In this document: positions 9,739-22,726 of the stretch, piece by piece | Layout of the letters: the number at the start of each line of letters is the position of its first letter | How positions within the stretch are numbered: the first letter of the stretch is position 1 | Source: an uncultured Actinomycetota bacterium | GTDB lineage: Bacteria > Actinomycetota > Actinomycetes > JAFAQI01 | Length of the DNA stretch: 64,000 nt | Assembly: GCA_963770565.1 (NCBI GenBank) | Contig: CAVYQE010000001.1 | Location: forward strand, 352,001 to 416,000 | Direction of reading: 5' to 3' | Notes under the pieces: model-generated | Databases searched by the model: none | Told to the model about the DNA's origin: nothing | What the model saw: only the letters and a program-made list of their open reading frames with translations | Position numbers and translations under genes: made by a program

Positions 9739-10913
9739 GGGGCATGATTCAGCGTCGGCACCTGCCGCGAGACGCTGTGCAATGCGCCCCGCTGCGAAGT
9801 CAGCCGCGAGCAATCGATGCCGATCACTTTCCAATCGGGCAGCGCTTCGTGATAGACGCCGAGGGCCACGCGATCGAGATCGGGATTCGTGTCGGGATAT
9901 TGGGGCACGAGGACGACGCCGTTGGCATAGATGACGCTGGTGTACGTGCGCCATACGCCGTCGCGATGGCTGGGCATCGGAATGCGGAGCACCTCGAGTG
10001 GCCCTTTCTTCGTCGCCTCGCCCTTGAGCACCGTCGCGTTCCGATCGAGAATCAGGGCGTTGACCGGGTCGTCGTCCAAGCGATAGAAGCCCAGGATGGC
10101 TTTGTTCGTCGCCGGCAGCGTGAGAAAGGTATCGACGTGGCCGGTCGGCTCGTCGTCGAGCGGCTCGAGATGCACCCAGCGGTTGAAGTGAAAGTGGTCG
10201 TGCAGGAAACCGCCCGTCTGCTGCTCGTCGTAGCCGCGCTGCATGTTGCGGGCCCGGAGCTTCGTCGTGCTGACGCACATTCCGTCGCCGTTCGAGAGTA
10301 GATTGCCCCCTTCGAGCGTCAGGTGGGAATGATCGTAGTGCAGGTGAAAGGTGGCCGCGAAAGCCACGTTGAAATCGTCTTCGAGATCGCGATTATGCTC
10401 GGGATAGGCGAAATCGACGACGGTCGCGTGCTCTCCGACGACGAAAAACGGCCCATAATCGCGCATGCACATCGCCGCCACCGGCCAGTGGAAGAAATCG
10501 ACGCAGCTTACCGGAAGATGGTTGGCCCGGAGCAGCGCGATCGCTTGCCGCTGCCGGTCGTCGTCGGCCACGACGCCGATGATCTTGATCCGATCGTGAA
10601 CGGCCGCGATGATCTGCGCCAGGATCTCGGGATGGTCTTGGAGCAGATCATCGATCCCCAGAATCAGCGCCGCTTGATGCTCGAATTCCCCGTGAATCCG
10701 CCCGTGGGTCGTCGCATCGGTCACCGGCCGGACGTGCTCGTCGATCGTCCGATTCAAGGAGTGGGCGCCAGCGGCGGCGGGAACGGCCGGGCGAACGGCG
10801 GCCTCGGTGCGCACATCGCCATGCTCCTCGACTTGGCTCCCGGCGAAAAAACCCGCCAAAGCCAGCAGAATTCCGCAAACCAAGAGTATGGGGAGGGGTC
10901 GCCTCTTCGGCAT
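9735..10913 (-). CDS. Agmatine/peptidyl-arginine deiminase family protein with N-terminal signal; Ser at the position of the catalytic Cys
   Basis: 'GEFE', 'MRDYGP', 'LEGGN', 'TGHVD', 'YTSVIYANGVVLVPQY', C-terminal 'GALHSVSRQVP'. Confidence 0.85.
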   Translation of the reverse strand: MPKRRPLPILLVCGILLALAGFFAGSQVEEHGDVRTEAAVRPAVPAAAGAHSLNRTIDEHVRPVTDATTHGRIHGEFEHQAALILGIDDLLQDHPEILAQIIAAVHDRIKIIGVVADDDRQRQAIALLRANHLPVSCVDFFHWPVAAMCMRDYGPFFVVGEHATVVDFAYPEHNRDLEDDFNVAFAATFHLHYDHSHLTLEGGNLLSNGDGMCVSTTKLRARNMQRGYDEQQTGGFLHDHFHFNRWVHLEPLDDEPTGHVDTFLTLPATNKAILGFYRLDDDPVNALILDRNATVLKGEATKKGPLEVLRIPMPSHRDGVWRTYTSVIYANGVVLVPQYPDTNPDLDRVALGVYHEALPDWKVIGIDCSRLTSQRGALHSVSRQVPTLNHAP

Positions 10914-11077
10914 GACGCGCGCGATTCTGGGAGGTTCCGGCTCCCGGCCAAATCATCCAGTTTGCCCCTGGAGTATAAAGTATAACCTCCCGCGGACCGT
11001 TTTGTATCGCGAATTCCTGGTCGAAGTCGAGCAAAAACCGTTTCGCTCGGTGATTGCCACACCAACCCGACGCGACA

Positions 11078-11263
11078 CCAGGAGCCTGTCCAAGAACCGG
11101 CTGCGGCGAGGGGATGCGCCGCGAAAGGGGTCGGGAGTCGATTTCGCCGGCTGGACGATCTGAAGCGCGAACCGGCGTCATGGCGAAATCGACTCCCGAC
11201 CCCCTTTGGCAACGCCTGCGGGAAAGCGAGCCGGTCCCCGCCGGTTCATGGACACTCTCCTAG
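11078..11263. mobile_element. MITE-like element type 1 (~180 bp, GGAG[C/A]CTGTCC terminal inverted repeats, internal AAAGGGGTCGGGAGTCGATTTCGCC hairpin)
   Basis: ccag-gagcctgtccaagaaccggc...ccggttcatggacactctc-ctag; related copies at 18776-18888, 24231-24360, 37451-37584 and 40162-40341. Confidence 0.8.
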
Positions 11264-11272
11264 CCCGCCGCG

Positions 11273-11399
11273 CTACGGCCTGTTGATTTAGTCCGAAAAA
11301 TTCATATCCGCCGACATGAAATAACGACTTACGGCAATTGCTGTCGTTGTAACTCGTTATTTCGCGTCGCGTGCGCGGCTAAATCAACAAGGCGGCTAG
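11273..11399. mobile_element. MITE-like element type 2 (~125 bp, TGTTGATTTAG inverted ends) inserted in the CTAG of a REP
   Basis: ctacggcctgttgatttag ... ctaaatcaacaaggcggctag interrupts the REP gcgCTAGcgaggg. Confidence 0.6.
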
Positions 11400-11485
11400 C
11401 GAGGGAATACGTTCGCCCATTGCGACGCTCCGACTCCCTCGCTAGCGCTTCGGGCTAGTGTCGCCGGAATCGAGATTGGCGGCGC

Positions 11486-12593
11486 TTAGGGAATCAAGAA
11501 GGCCGTGCCGGTCGCGGCCGAGCATTCCAGCACCATGCCGCGCAGACTGATCGGGACGGCGTCGATGATCCAGGGGGCGCAACTCCCCGGCCGATAATAG
11601 CCCAGCGAGTATTCGCACTCGTTCGGCGGCTCGACCCCCATTTCATACGGCAACAGCGGCACGCACACGAAGAAGTGGGCCGCCGACACGAGGGGATCGA
11701 GGATCGGCCCGCGCGAATGCCCATAACGCTCGAGATTCACCTCTTCGAAATACAGCGGTTTGTGGCAAGTGGCCGCCGCTTTCCAGGTGTAGGTGATGCA
11801 CGACCAGGTGCGCGGCACGAAGCGCGCTTGGCCCAGGCCGCATTCGCCGGGCAGCTTGTCGGATCCCCGCAGGGGCGGCGCGATGTCGATCCGCACCTTG
11901 TCCACGGTGTCGGCCATCAGTTGCCGCAATTCTTTATCGCAACTGTCCTTGTTCGTCGTGGTGTTCACGTTGGCCGGCGGATTGGGGCTCGGAATGAGCG
12001 TCGGGGGAAGCGCCGGCGTCTGGTCGCCCGGAAAGCCGGGGTTCGTTCGCGCAGGGGCGAACGGATTGCTCGGCGGAAGGGCGGCCGGCCCCGACTCCGG
12101 CAAGCTGCCGTCCGGCAAGCTGCCGCCCGGCAAGGCCGCGGCGGGCGGATTCGAGCCGGGCAACGTCGGCGTGCGCGTCGCAGGGCCGGGCAACTCGGTC
12201 GCTTTCTTCTGTTGGTCGTCGAACGGATTGGCCGGCGGATCGGCGGCCGCCGCTTGGCGAACGCGACCGTCGCGCGGCCTCCGGCTCTTCGCCGGGGCGC
12301 ATTGCCGAGCGGTCCGTCGGCATCGGCAACGGGCTCCTCGTCGCTGGTTTGCGCACAGCCCGGAGCGAATGGCTCTCGACCCGTTCGGCCGGCCGCGCCG
12401 CAGCCGCCGAATGAGCGGGACGACACGGCCGCCAGCGGAGGTGCGATCCGTGCGTTTGATCGACTGTGGCCCAGCCGCCGGCCGATGGCGCAGCGGGCGC
12501 TTGGGGAGCGGCCGCTTGCGGAGCATTGTCGCCCGCCAGCGTGAGGGCGGGAAATGCGACGGCGGCGGCCAGTGTCAGCAAGCCGATGGCCAC
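11486..12593 (-). CDS. Planctomycete-type conserved hypothetical exported protein (Pro-rich linker, Cys-rich C-terminal domain); frameshifted
   Basis: Signal-like 'VAIGLLTLAAAVAFPALTLAG' in one frame; C-terminal 'YTWKAAATCHKPLYFEEVNLERYGH...SAAHFF...LGYYRPGSCAP' in another; start approximate. Confidence 0.75.
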
Positions 12594-12642
12594 ATGGCGG
12601 GCAGCGGGGACGAGGCGCGCGGCGGCGCCCGGCGCGTGGCGA

Positions 12643-14135
<1,493 letters not shown>

Positions 14136-14225
14136 TTCGGGTTCCTCTCTGCCGGCGGCCGATGAGCAGGGTGAATCCCGAATTATGCCGATTGCCGGGC
14201 GATTTGGCAACCGACGAGCAGCTCC

Positions 14226-14305
14226 GATAGTGGTATCGTTTGCGTTTCGGATCGTACTCCTCACGCTCCGCGTGAGGAATTGTTCACGCGGAGCGTGAAG
14301 ACGAC
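14226..14305. repeat. REP doublet (GTACTCCTCACGCTCCGCGTGAGGA family); inverted copy at 19130-19208
   Basis: 14226-14277 is approximately the reverse complement of 19155-19208; same family as the 32656-32945 array. Confidence 0.8.
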
Positions 14306-14451
14306 TTCGCCAAGCCGTGGCACGATCGTCGCCAAGAGACCTTGCCACACCCTATCGTAAATCGGCGAATGCTTGCTTGATCTGCGGCCGCGCGCTCATA
14401 ATGAAGCCGGGGCATCATCGGGTCGTCTTTCGGAACCAAGGAGATCGCGCT

Positions 14452-15238
14452 ATGACTCGGCAGCCGCAGCTTTCGATCGGACGATTCGCAGTCGCGGCGG
14501 CGCTCGCGGCGCTGCTGCTCGGGGCGACGTTGCTCGGGGCGACGTTGCTCGTTGCGGCGCCGCGCGACGCTGCGAAGAGCGACGCTGCGAAGAGCGACGC
14601 TGCGAAGAGTGAAACTGCGAAGAGCGACACCGTCTCGATCCACGACGATTTTTCCCACGGGGCGACGCGCTGGCAGCCGAGCGATCCGGCGGCCTGGAAA
14701 GTGATCAAGACCGATCGCGGCCCGGCCTATCGTCTCGCCAAGCTCAGCAAGTCGAAGCCGCCGTTTCGCAGCCCCTTCGGGTTGAGTCTGCTCAAGGACG
14801 TCGTCGTGACCGATTTCACTCTCGCCGTCGATGCCAAGAGCACGACCAAGGAGTATCCGCACCAGGATATTTGCCTGTTCTTCGGCTACCAAGACCCGGG
14901 CCATTTCTATTACGTCCATCTGGGCCGCAAGACCGACGACCATTGCAATCAGATTTTCATCGTCAACGGGGCGGACCGGGCGAAGATTTCCAAGAAGACG
15001 ACCGCCGGCACTCGCTGGGGCAAAGGTTGGCACCATTTGAAACTCGTCCGCAACACGGGCGATGGCTCGATCGCCGTCTATTTCGACGACCTCAAAACGC
15101 CCGCCATGACCGCCACCGACAAGCATTTTCTTTGGGGCCGAGTCGGCCTCGGCTCGTTCGACGACACGGGGAACTTTGCGAATTTCGAACTCACCGGCAC
15201 GCTGCGCGGTGGCCGTGCCTATCGTGAAGAAGAAGTAG
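14452..15238 (+). CDS. Exported hypothetical protein, concanavalin/LamG-like (DUF1080-like) beta-sandwich
   Basis: Signal peptide, 'DAAKS' repeats, 'FFGYQDPGHFYYVHLG', 'WHHLKLVR', 'GRVGLGSFDD'; probable frameshift just before TAG 15236-15238. Confidence 0.7.
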
Positions 15239-15252
15239 CGCTCGCGCGATTC

Positions 15253-15358
15253 CGAGGGCCAACGGCCCGCAACATTCCAGCCTGGGGCAACGCCCCAGGA
15301 CCACTACACGCACCAACCGCGGACCACACAGTCGATCAAGGGCTGAAAGCCCGCAACA
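15253..15358. repeat. REP-like element (AGGGCTGAAAGCCCG / AGCCTGGGGCAACGCCCCAGG family)
   Basis: Hairpins gggccaacggccc, cctggggcaacgccccagg and gggctgaaagccc. Confidence 0.65.
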
Positions 15359-15367
15359 TGGCGATGC

Positions 15368-16256
15368 ATGAACGCCGAGCAACCAAGACCGATCGCCGCC
15401 GATCCGCCGCCGACGTTCTCGCTGCGGACGATGTTTCTGATCGTCACATGCGTTGCGATTTTTTGCGCGGGGTTTCGGATTGCCGGGCCGAGCGAACGGC
15501 TCTGGTCTGCGCCGGCTCCTCTTTTCGGCTTCCTCATCATTTGGTTCTTGCTTACGAAGCGTCTCTGCGCCGCGCTCGAGATATTCCTAGCGGTCGCCGC
15601 GGTTTTCCTTGTTGCGTTGCCATTCCTTTTGCCTCGAGTTCGACAGCCATCCCTCTACGCCGCGCGAGGTGTGCTCGAACGAACTCCGCGAAATCGGCTT
15701 CGCCTTGCAAGAGTATCGCCAGCATTACGGCAGCTTTCCCCCGGCGTATGTGGCCGATGCTCGCGGCAAGCCGCTGTTCAGTTGGCGCGTCATCATCCAG
15801 CCATTTCTGGATCATGACAGTTTCTACAAGGCATTTCATCTCGACCAGGCGTGGGACAGCGCCGCCAACCGCCAGCTATCGCAGATGGGGACGGACTATT
15901 TTTCTTGTCCGGCGGATGGACAAGCGAGGACGATGACCAACTACGTCGCCGTGGTGGGGCCGAACACGGCCTGGCCCGGCGCGAAGGGGAGCAAGCTGGC
16001 CGACTTCAAGGATCCGAGCAAGACGATCCTTTTGGTCGAGGTGGCCAACTCGGGAATCCACTGGGCCGAGCCGCGCGATCTGTATATCGGCCAAATGGCC
16101 CCCGGCGTGAATCCGGCCGGCGGCCAAGGCATTTCCAGCGAGCACAAAGGAGGCGCCAACGTCCTCTTCGCCGACGGCCACGTCGAATTCCTTCCCGACG
16201 ACATCGATCCGAAGAAGTTCGCGAGAATGCTGGAAATCAATCCGGCGGCGCCGTAA
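15368..16256 (+). CDS. DUF1559 domain protein with C-terminal H-X9-DG motif; frameshift near 15650
   Basis: 'FSLRTMFLIVT' TM start; 'CSNELREIGFALQEY..YGSFPPAY..GKPLFSWRV', 'HWAEPRD', 'SEHKGGANVLFADGHV'. Confidence 0.9.
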
Positions 16257-16515
16257 GGGGCCGGGAGCAGGGGTGGGCTGCGCAGTTTGTGAGATGGGAT
16301 CGTATCGACGTTTATGCTGTTTTTGTTCCGGTTTTTGGAAAGGACGGCAGGAGTTCAAGGAACCCGGTAGGGTTCCCAGACCATCCCTATCGGGATGAAT
16401 TTCATGCCACCTCGGAGTCGGAATTGCGCGAGTACGTGGGCGGAACAAAAACCAACCAAACCGCCCCAGCCCGGCGCCGCAACAAATCGAGCATTTTTCA
16501 CAGCCTACGCCTGGG

Positions 16516-17780
16516 CTACCCAAAAAAGTCGGCCAGATTTCCGGCGGCGTCGAGCGGCAAATCGCGCGGGGCGGTCAGGATCTCCAGATCGGCGCGGTCG
16601 GTCGCCTCGGCCAAATAGGCCACAGAACATTCGACCTCGGCCAGTTCCAGCGTGTTTTTGATCCAGAGGATTTTGGCGTGCGGCGGCTCGACCAGGCCGA
16701 TGATGGCCAAGGCCGCGTCGAGCAATTCGCGGTCGGTCTCGAAATGCAACGGAAAGGCGGACAGCGCGACCGAGCCACTCGTCAGGCCGTTCACCCAGGT
16801 CGCGTCGCGGTCGGTCTCGCGAATCAGACGGCTCTTGCAAAAGTCGGCCAGCCCGACCCCATGCGCGATTCCTCCCGTCGCCGCCGACAAACCGCGGACG
16901 ATGATCCGCCGCACCTCGGGCTCGGCGGCGGCGGCCCGCCGCCCGGCGCGGTACTTTCGCCCCACGACGTTGGTGTCCATCCCCGTGCCGCTGATGTTCT
17001 TGCCGATCTCGTCGACGATCAGGAGATGGGCGAAGGCGAAAGGAAGTCGCGGCATCCACTGCTTGGCCAGCGGAGCAGCGCCTCGTCGGCCTGCTCGAAA
17101 TCGTCGGGCGCGACGGCGGCCAGCCGCGCCACTTCGTTGTAAGCATTCTCGACGATCGCCAGACCGCCGCGGATGTGCTGCCCCGCGAGCACGCGGCGTC
17201 CCACGCGGCGGACGATCTCGTCGAAGGGGAAATCGTGAATCGCGCGATGAAACAGCTTGGCTCCCTCGTGCTTTCCCAGCCCGACGAGCAACATCTTCAT
17301 CAGGCCGCTCTCGATCGGGCCGTCGAAGGTGGTGTGCGGCTTGACCCGCGCCGCGAGGAACACGTGATCGGCCTCGGCGGCGAGCCGGTCGAAATGGATC
17401 GGAAAGCCCAGGGCGGTCCGATCGATCACCAGCGTCTCCATGCCAGCGCGGATCGGGCAGCCGCAAGACGACTCGGTGATGCCGTACGATGCGAGCAGCC
17501 GTTGCTGGCCGGCGGCCGTGGCCCCGCCGTGGCTGCCCATCGCGGGGACGATGAAGGGCCGCGCGCCGAGCCGGATGAAATGGCCGACGATGCCGCGGAC
17601 GATCAGCGGGATTTCGGCGATCCCGCGGCTGCCCACGGCGATCGCGACCGAATCCCCCGGCCGCACCTGCCGCGCGAGTTCGAGCCGCGCGAGTTCGGCG
17701 TCGAGGGCCGCGGGCAGATCATCGATCCGGGGCCGCTCCCAAATCTGTCGCACGCGAAATATCTGCGGGTAAGGGGACAT
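16516..17780 (-). CDS. Lactate racemase-like (LarA/DUF2088) domain protein; frameshift near 17065
   Basis: 'VAIAVGSRGI', 'PAMGSHGGATAAGQ', 'RVKPHT', 'ESGLMKM..GLGK', 'GKNISGTGMDTNVVGR', 'IKNTLEL'. Confidence 0.88.
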
Positions 17781-18180
17781 GGCGGATGAGCGGCTGGTGA
17801 GCGGCTGGCGATCGCGGGCCGGGCAACATGATTTATGATTCATCGCACCGGCCACGTGCAATCCCCGCGGGCGAACAGGAATTGCACATTGCGGCGCAGC
17901 GCCGCCGACCGCCCCGCGGCTTCGAATTGAGGGTGCCACTGCTTGACCGACGCCACAACAGGCATTGGCCTTGCGAGAAACCACTGTTCGGCGTCGGTCA
18001 AGCAGTGCGTGAATTCACGGGAATCCGATTGAGTCGGCGGAGCGGGATCGCAGAAACAGATTGGCACGCAATGTGCATTCTTAAACGGGTGTTTGCCGAT
18101 GCGGCCTTCGTGGCCGCGTTGAATCTTCGGTCGCCGGGCGGACGGCGGCCAATCGGTTTCTTGAACAAGGAGAAGCGATC

Positions 18181-18504
18181 ATGCCACGGGGAGATAAATC
18201 GAAATACACCGGAAAACAGAAACGGCAAGCCGAGCATATCGAGAAGGGATATGAAAAACGTGGAGTTTCGGAGAAGGAGGCCGAACGCCGCGCCTGGGCG
18301 ACAGTCAACGATATGACTCACGGAGGCAAGAAGTCCGGCGGCAGCGGACGCGGCAAAAAGACCGACAAATCGGCCGCCAAAAAAGGAGGCCGCCTCGGCG
18401 GCAAGGCCTCGGCCCATCGCTCCGCCGCCGAACGATCGGCCTCGGCCAAGAAAGCAGCCGCCACCCGGCGGCGTCATAAAAAAGAACATGCCCACAGCAA
18501 GTGA
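18181..18504 (+). CDS. Small basic conserved protein ('MPRGDKS.YT.KQKRQAEHIE' family, often annotated plasmid stabilization protein)
   Basis: RBS AAGGAG; 'AERRAWATVN', 'GGKKSGGSGRG', 'RSASAKKAAATR'. Confidence 0.85.
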   Translation: MPRGDKSKYTGKQKRQAEHIEKGYEKRGVSEKEAERRAWATVNDMTHGGKKSGGSGRGKKTDKSAAKKGGRLGGKASAHRSAAERSASAKKAAATRRRHKKEHAHSK

Positions 18505-18530
18505 CAACCGACAATAGGAGGGCGACAATC

Positions 18531-18680
18531 ATGATCCGCAAACTCGCATCCGGAGAATACCGGCTCTATTCGCGGAAAAAGAATCCCGACTCCGGAAAAC
18601 GCCGCAACCTCGGCACCTTCAAGACCCGCAAGGCCGCCGAGAAACACGAACAAGAAGTCCAATACTTCAAGCATCATTGA
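18531..18680 (+). CDS. 49-aa conserved small protein (below the ORF-track cutoff)
   Basis: RBS AGGAGG at 18516-18521; MIRKLASGEYRLYSRKKNPDSGKRRNLGTFKTRKAAEKHEQEVQYFKHH*. Confidence 0.8.
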   Translation: MIRKLASGEYRLYSRKKNPDSGKRRNLGTFKTRKAAEKHEQEVQYFKHH

Positions 18681-18716
18681 CGCGGCGAGACGAGCCGCGC
18701 CGACGGCCCGATTCCG

Positions 18717-18888
18717 ACACTAGCCCGACGCGCTAGCGAGGGAGTCGGGAAGGTAGACTCGATAACCGGAACCGACTAGCTCATCTTCTGGCGGGCGTTG
18801 CCCAAAGGGGGTCGGGAGTCGATTTCGCCATAATGCCGGTTCGCACTGCGGGTCGCTCAGCCGGCGAAATCGACTCCCGACCCCTTTC
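18717..18888. repeat. REP (CACTAGCCCGACGCGCTAGCGAGGG) followed by a partial MITE type 1
   Basis: Same REP as at 11400-11464 and 40068-40165; same internal hairpin as at 11123-11208. Confidence 0.75.
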
Positions 18889-19333
18889 GGGATGCGGCTG
18901 GGTTGGATCGAACGCCGATCGTCGACCTCGCGCGTACGGAGGTCCGCAAGCGAACCGGCTAACGCGGCGGCCGGCGAGCATTGGCGGTGGTGGTACAGTT
19001 TTGAAGTAGTCTTCACGCTCCGAGCTTGTGAATTTATTAAGATGATCGACGTAAGTCCTTATTCGCCGTGCGAAGCTTTGACGTTCGAATAAGGACTTAC
19101 GACAACAAAATGTAACCGCGGCCAATAAACTCACACGCTCTCCGCGTGAAGACATCCTCACGCGGAGCGTGAGGAGTACGATCTGAAACGCAAACTATAC
19201 CACTATCGCATTGCCACGGCCGTACACTTCGCGACGCGGATTCGGTATGATGGGGTGGTTTCGGTCAGCCCCCGGCGAGCGCGGAAAGCTGCGCGATGCC
19301 CGGCGGGCCGAAGTTCCCCGCCAGTCGCCATCA

Positions 19334-21649
19334 GTGACGATCGTCCGCGTGTCGCACGTTTCCACCACCACGCCTCATCTCGATCCGGCCGCGGCGACGC
19401 TGGCCCTGGAGCAGGTGTCTGCGCAGCGTCGATGAGCTGATCGGGGCCTGGGAGTCGCCGCAGCGGCCGCCGACACTGAGCCAATTCCTTCCCGAGCAGC
19501 CGCTCGAATTGCGGCGGCTGGTGCTGACGGAATTGATCAAGGTCGATTTGGAATATCGCTGGCAGCAGCATCATCTGCCCAAAACGATCGAGGAGTACCT
19601 GACCGAGTTTCCGGAATTGGCCGAGACGGGGAAGATTCCCTGCGATTTGATCTATGAAGAATATCTTGTCCGGCGGCGCGACGCTTCCCCTCCCGAGCCG
19701 GCCGAATATCTACGACGATTTCCCGAGCAGGAGCAGCAATTGCGGCGGATGCTCGATTTGCAGGACAATCCGACGACGACGCTGGCGGTCGGCCGCCGGC
19801 GTCCGCCGACGGACATCGGCCAGCAGATCGACGATTTCGACGTGCTGCTCCGCTTGGGCGAAGGGGCGTTCGCCTCGGTCTATTTGGCGCGGCAGCGGTC
19901 GATGCAGCGGTTGGTGGCGCTCAAGGTCTCGCGCGATCATGGGACGGAGTCGCAAACTCTGGCCCAGCTCGACCATCAGGAACATCGTCCGCGTTTACGA
20001 TCAGCGAATCTTGCCGGCCGAGCATTTGCGGCTGATGTATATGCAGCACGTGCCCGGCGGCACGCTGCAAGACGTCGTTCAAGCCGCGCAAAGTGCCGGC
20101 GACGACTTGGACCGGCAAGACGCTGCTCGGGGCGATCGACGCGGCGTTGGAAAAGCATGGCGAAACGCCCCCCGACGGGTCGCCGATCCGGCGGCGGCTG
20201 GCTGCGGCGAGTTGGGGAGAGGCGGTCTGCTGGGTGGGGGCGCGGCTGGCCGCGGCGCTGGCTTATGCCCATCGCCGCGGCGTGCTCCATCGCGACGTGA
20301 AACCGGCCAATGTGCTGCTGTCCGCCGAAGGATTCCCCAAGCTCGCCGATTTCAACATCAGCTTCAGCTCGAAGCTCGACGGGGCCACTCCGGCCGCCTA
20401 TTTCGGCGGCAGCCTGGCCTATATGTCGCCCGAGCAACTCGAAGCGAGCAATCCCGAGCACAATCGCCAGCCCGACAGGAACTCGACGGCCGCAGCGACA
20501 TTTATTCGCTGGCGGTGATGCTCTGGGAATTGCTCACCGGGGTGCGCCCTTCGGCGACGAGCAGGTGGCCGCCAACATGGCCGAAACGCTCAATCAGCTC
20601 GCCGCGCGGCGGCGGGCCGGCGTGCCCGAAAGCGCGATTGCCGCCTTGCCGCCGGACTTGCCGCCGGGGCTCGACCAGGTGCTGCTGACCTGCCTGGCGC
20701 CGAATCCCGACGACCGCCCCGCCTCGGGCGCGCGAAAGCGCTCCGCCAACTCGAGCTGTGTCTGCAGCCACAAGTGCAGCGGTTGCTCCGTCCGCGGGCC
20801 GGCTCGCTGCGGCAAAAGATGCGCGATTTTCCGATTCGGGTGTTCATCATCGCGGGAGTGATTCCGCACGTGGTGTTCAGCGTATTGAGCGTCCTGGTCA
20901 ATAAATGGCTGGTCATCGATCACCTGCCGACGGAAGCCAAGAATCTGTTTTGGAATCAGGTGGTGGCCGTGAATTCGCTGGCCTATGGGCTGGGGGTCGG
21001 TTTGGGCGTGTACTTCGTGTGGCCGGTCATCAAAGCGGTGCGCGGGTTTGGCCAGAAGACTCCTCCCGCCCGCGAGAATCTTCCCGGCCTGCGGCGGCGC
21101 AGCTTGTTGATCGGCGATTATGTCACTTGGCTTGGGTTCGGACTGTGGTTGATTTCGGGATTCGTATTTCCGGCCTGGCTGCGGGCCGCCGGCTATTATG
21201 ATCCTCAAAAGACGAATGATTATCTCTACTTCTCGCTGTCGCAGGTGATCTGCGGTTTGATTGCTTCGACTCAGACCTTTTTCATGTTGACGTTCTTGGC
21301 GGTGCGCGGTTTTCATCCGATGCTGGTGCAAACGGATCAGATCGACCTTGACGAAATCTCTCGGCTGGTCCGGCTGGATCGGCGCGTCTATTGGTATCTG
21401 GGCTTGGCCATCGTTGCTCCGTTTCTGGCGATCATCGTGTTCGGCCTGATCGACCTTCCCGGTGCGGGCAGCAAATGGGCCACGGTCGGTTTGGCGGTGA
21501 TCGGGATTCTCAGCGTGGTTCTGATCTCGTTTTTGTTGAAGGCGATTCGCGGCGATATCGCCGCGTTGCTGGCCGCCGCCGATCCCGAGCGCAAGGCGCC
21601 GCAATCGGGTCTGGGCACGCTCGACTCGTTTTGGATCTCGTCGCGATAG
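19334..21649 (+). CDS. Ser/Thr protein kinase with C-terminal multi-TM region; several frameshifts
   Basis: 'LGEGAFASVYLA', 'VALK', 'HRDVKPANVLL', 'KLADFNIS', 'GGSLAYMSPEQ', 'DGRSDIYSL'; TM region 20774-21649; start approximate. Confidence 0.88.
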
Positions 21650-21839
21650 AATATACTGGGGGGCCGAGACGGTGAAACACATTCGACCGCGGTGCATGGC
21701 GAGCGCATTTTTTTGCGCTCGATCGGCGCCGCGAAACATTCCGAATACCGGACCGTTTTCGGCAGCCTGCGCCCGACCTGATTTCGGAAGAACGATCCCG
21801 CTTGGCGGCGAACATCCATACACACCCCGGAAAGACCCC

Positions 21840-22622
21840 GTGCCCGCGCTCAAAATCGGAATTCAACTGGCCAGTTTTCGGGAGCCGTTTCGGGCGGCCT
21901 TGGCATCCGCGCATCGCTTGGGTGTGCAGGGAGTCGAACTCGAAGCCCGCGGCGAACTCCGTCCCTCGCAAATGACCGAGACGGCCGTCCGTCAGATTCG
22001 CAAGCTGTTGGAAGACTACAGCCTGCGCATCGCCGCGATCGACTTTCCGACGCGCCGCGGATACGACGTGGCCGACGATCTCGATGCCCGCATGGCCGGC
22101 ACGAAGGACGCCATCAAGCTGGCCTATCAGCTCCGCGCCCCGTCGTGGTGATCCAAGTCGGGCCGGTTCCCGCCGAACCAACGGGGCCGGTTTGGAATCA
22201 GCTCGTCGATGTGCTCGGCGATCTGGGGCGATTCTCGCATCGGGCCGGGGCGATGCTGGCGGCGCAAACGGGGACCGAAAGCGGGGCCGATTTGGCCCGT
22301 CTCGTCAACGCACTTCCCGCCGGGTCGCTGGGCGTCGATCTCGATCCGGCCGGCTTGATCGTCAACGGCTTTTCGCCGCTCGAGGCGGTCGATGCGCTGG
22401 CGGCGCACATTCTGCACGTTCATGCGACCGATGCCGTGCGCGATCTGGCTCGCGGCCGCGGCAGCGAGGTGCCGCTGCGGGCGCGGAATGGCCGATTTTC
22501 CGAGTTTGCTGGGCAAGCTGGAGGAGCGGAACTATCGCGGCTATCTCACGATCGCACGCCACGCGGCCAACGATCCCTTGGTCGAGATCGGCGCGGCAGT
22601 AGAATACTTGCGGAGTCTGTGA
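21840..22622 (+). CDS. Sugar phosphate isomerase/epimerase (xylose isomerase-like TIM barrel); frameshifted
   Basis: 'LKIGIQLAS', 'GVQGVEL', 'LGVDLDP', 'HVHATDA', 'GRGMADFP..YRGYLTI'. Confidence 0.8.
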
Positions 22623-22726
22623 GTGGAGAGCAGAGGGCAGAGAGCGGAGGGGCCTTTGATGCTGGGATTTCTCGTTCGGAGTGCTGGGTTCTTTGTTTCG
22701 GCAAACGCCGAGAAATGGAGATCGTC

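Noticed and set aside
14317-15936. 539-aa ORF
   Set aside because: The 3' half reads through a REP and out of frame across the DUF1559 gene; the real gene probably stops at 15238
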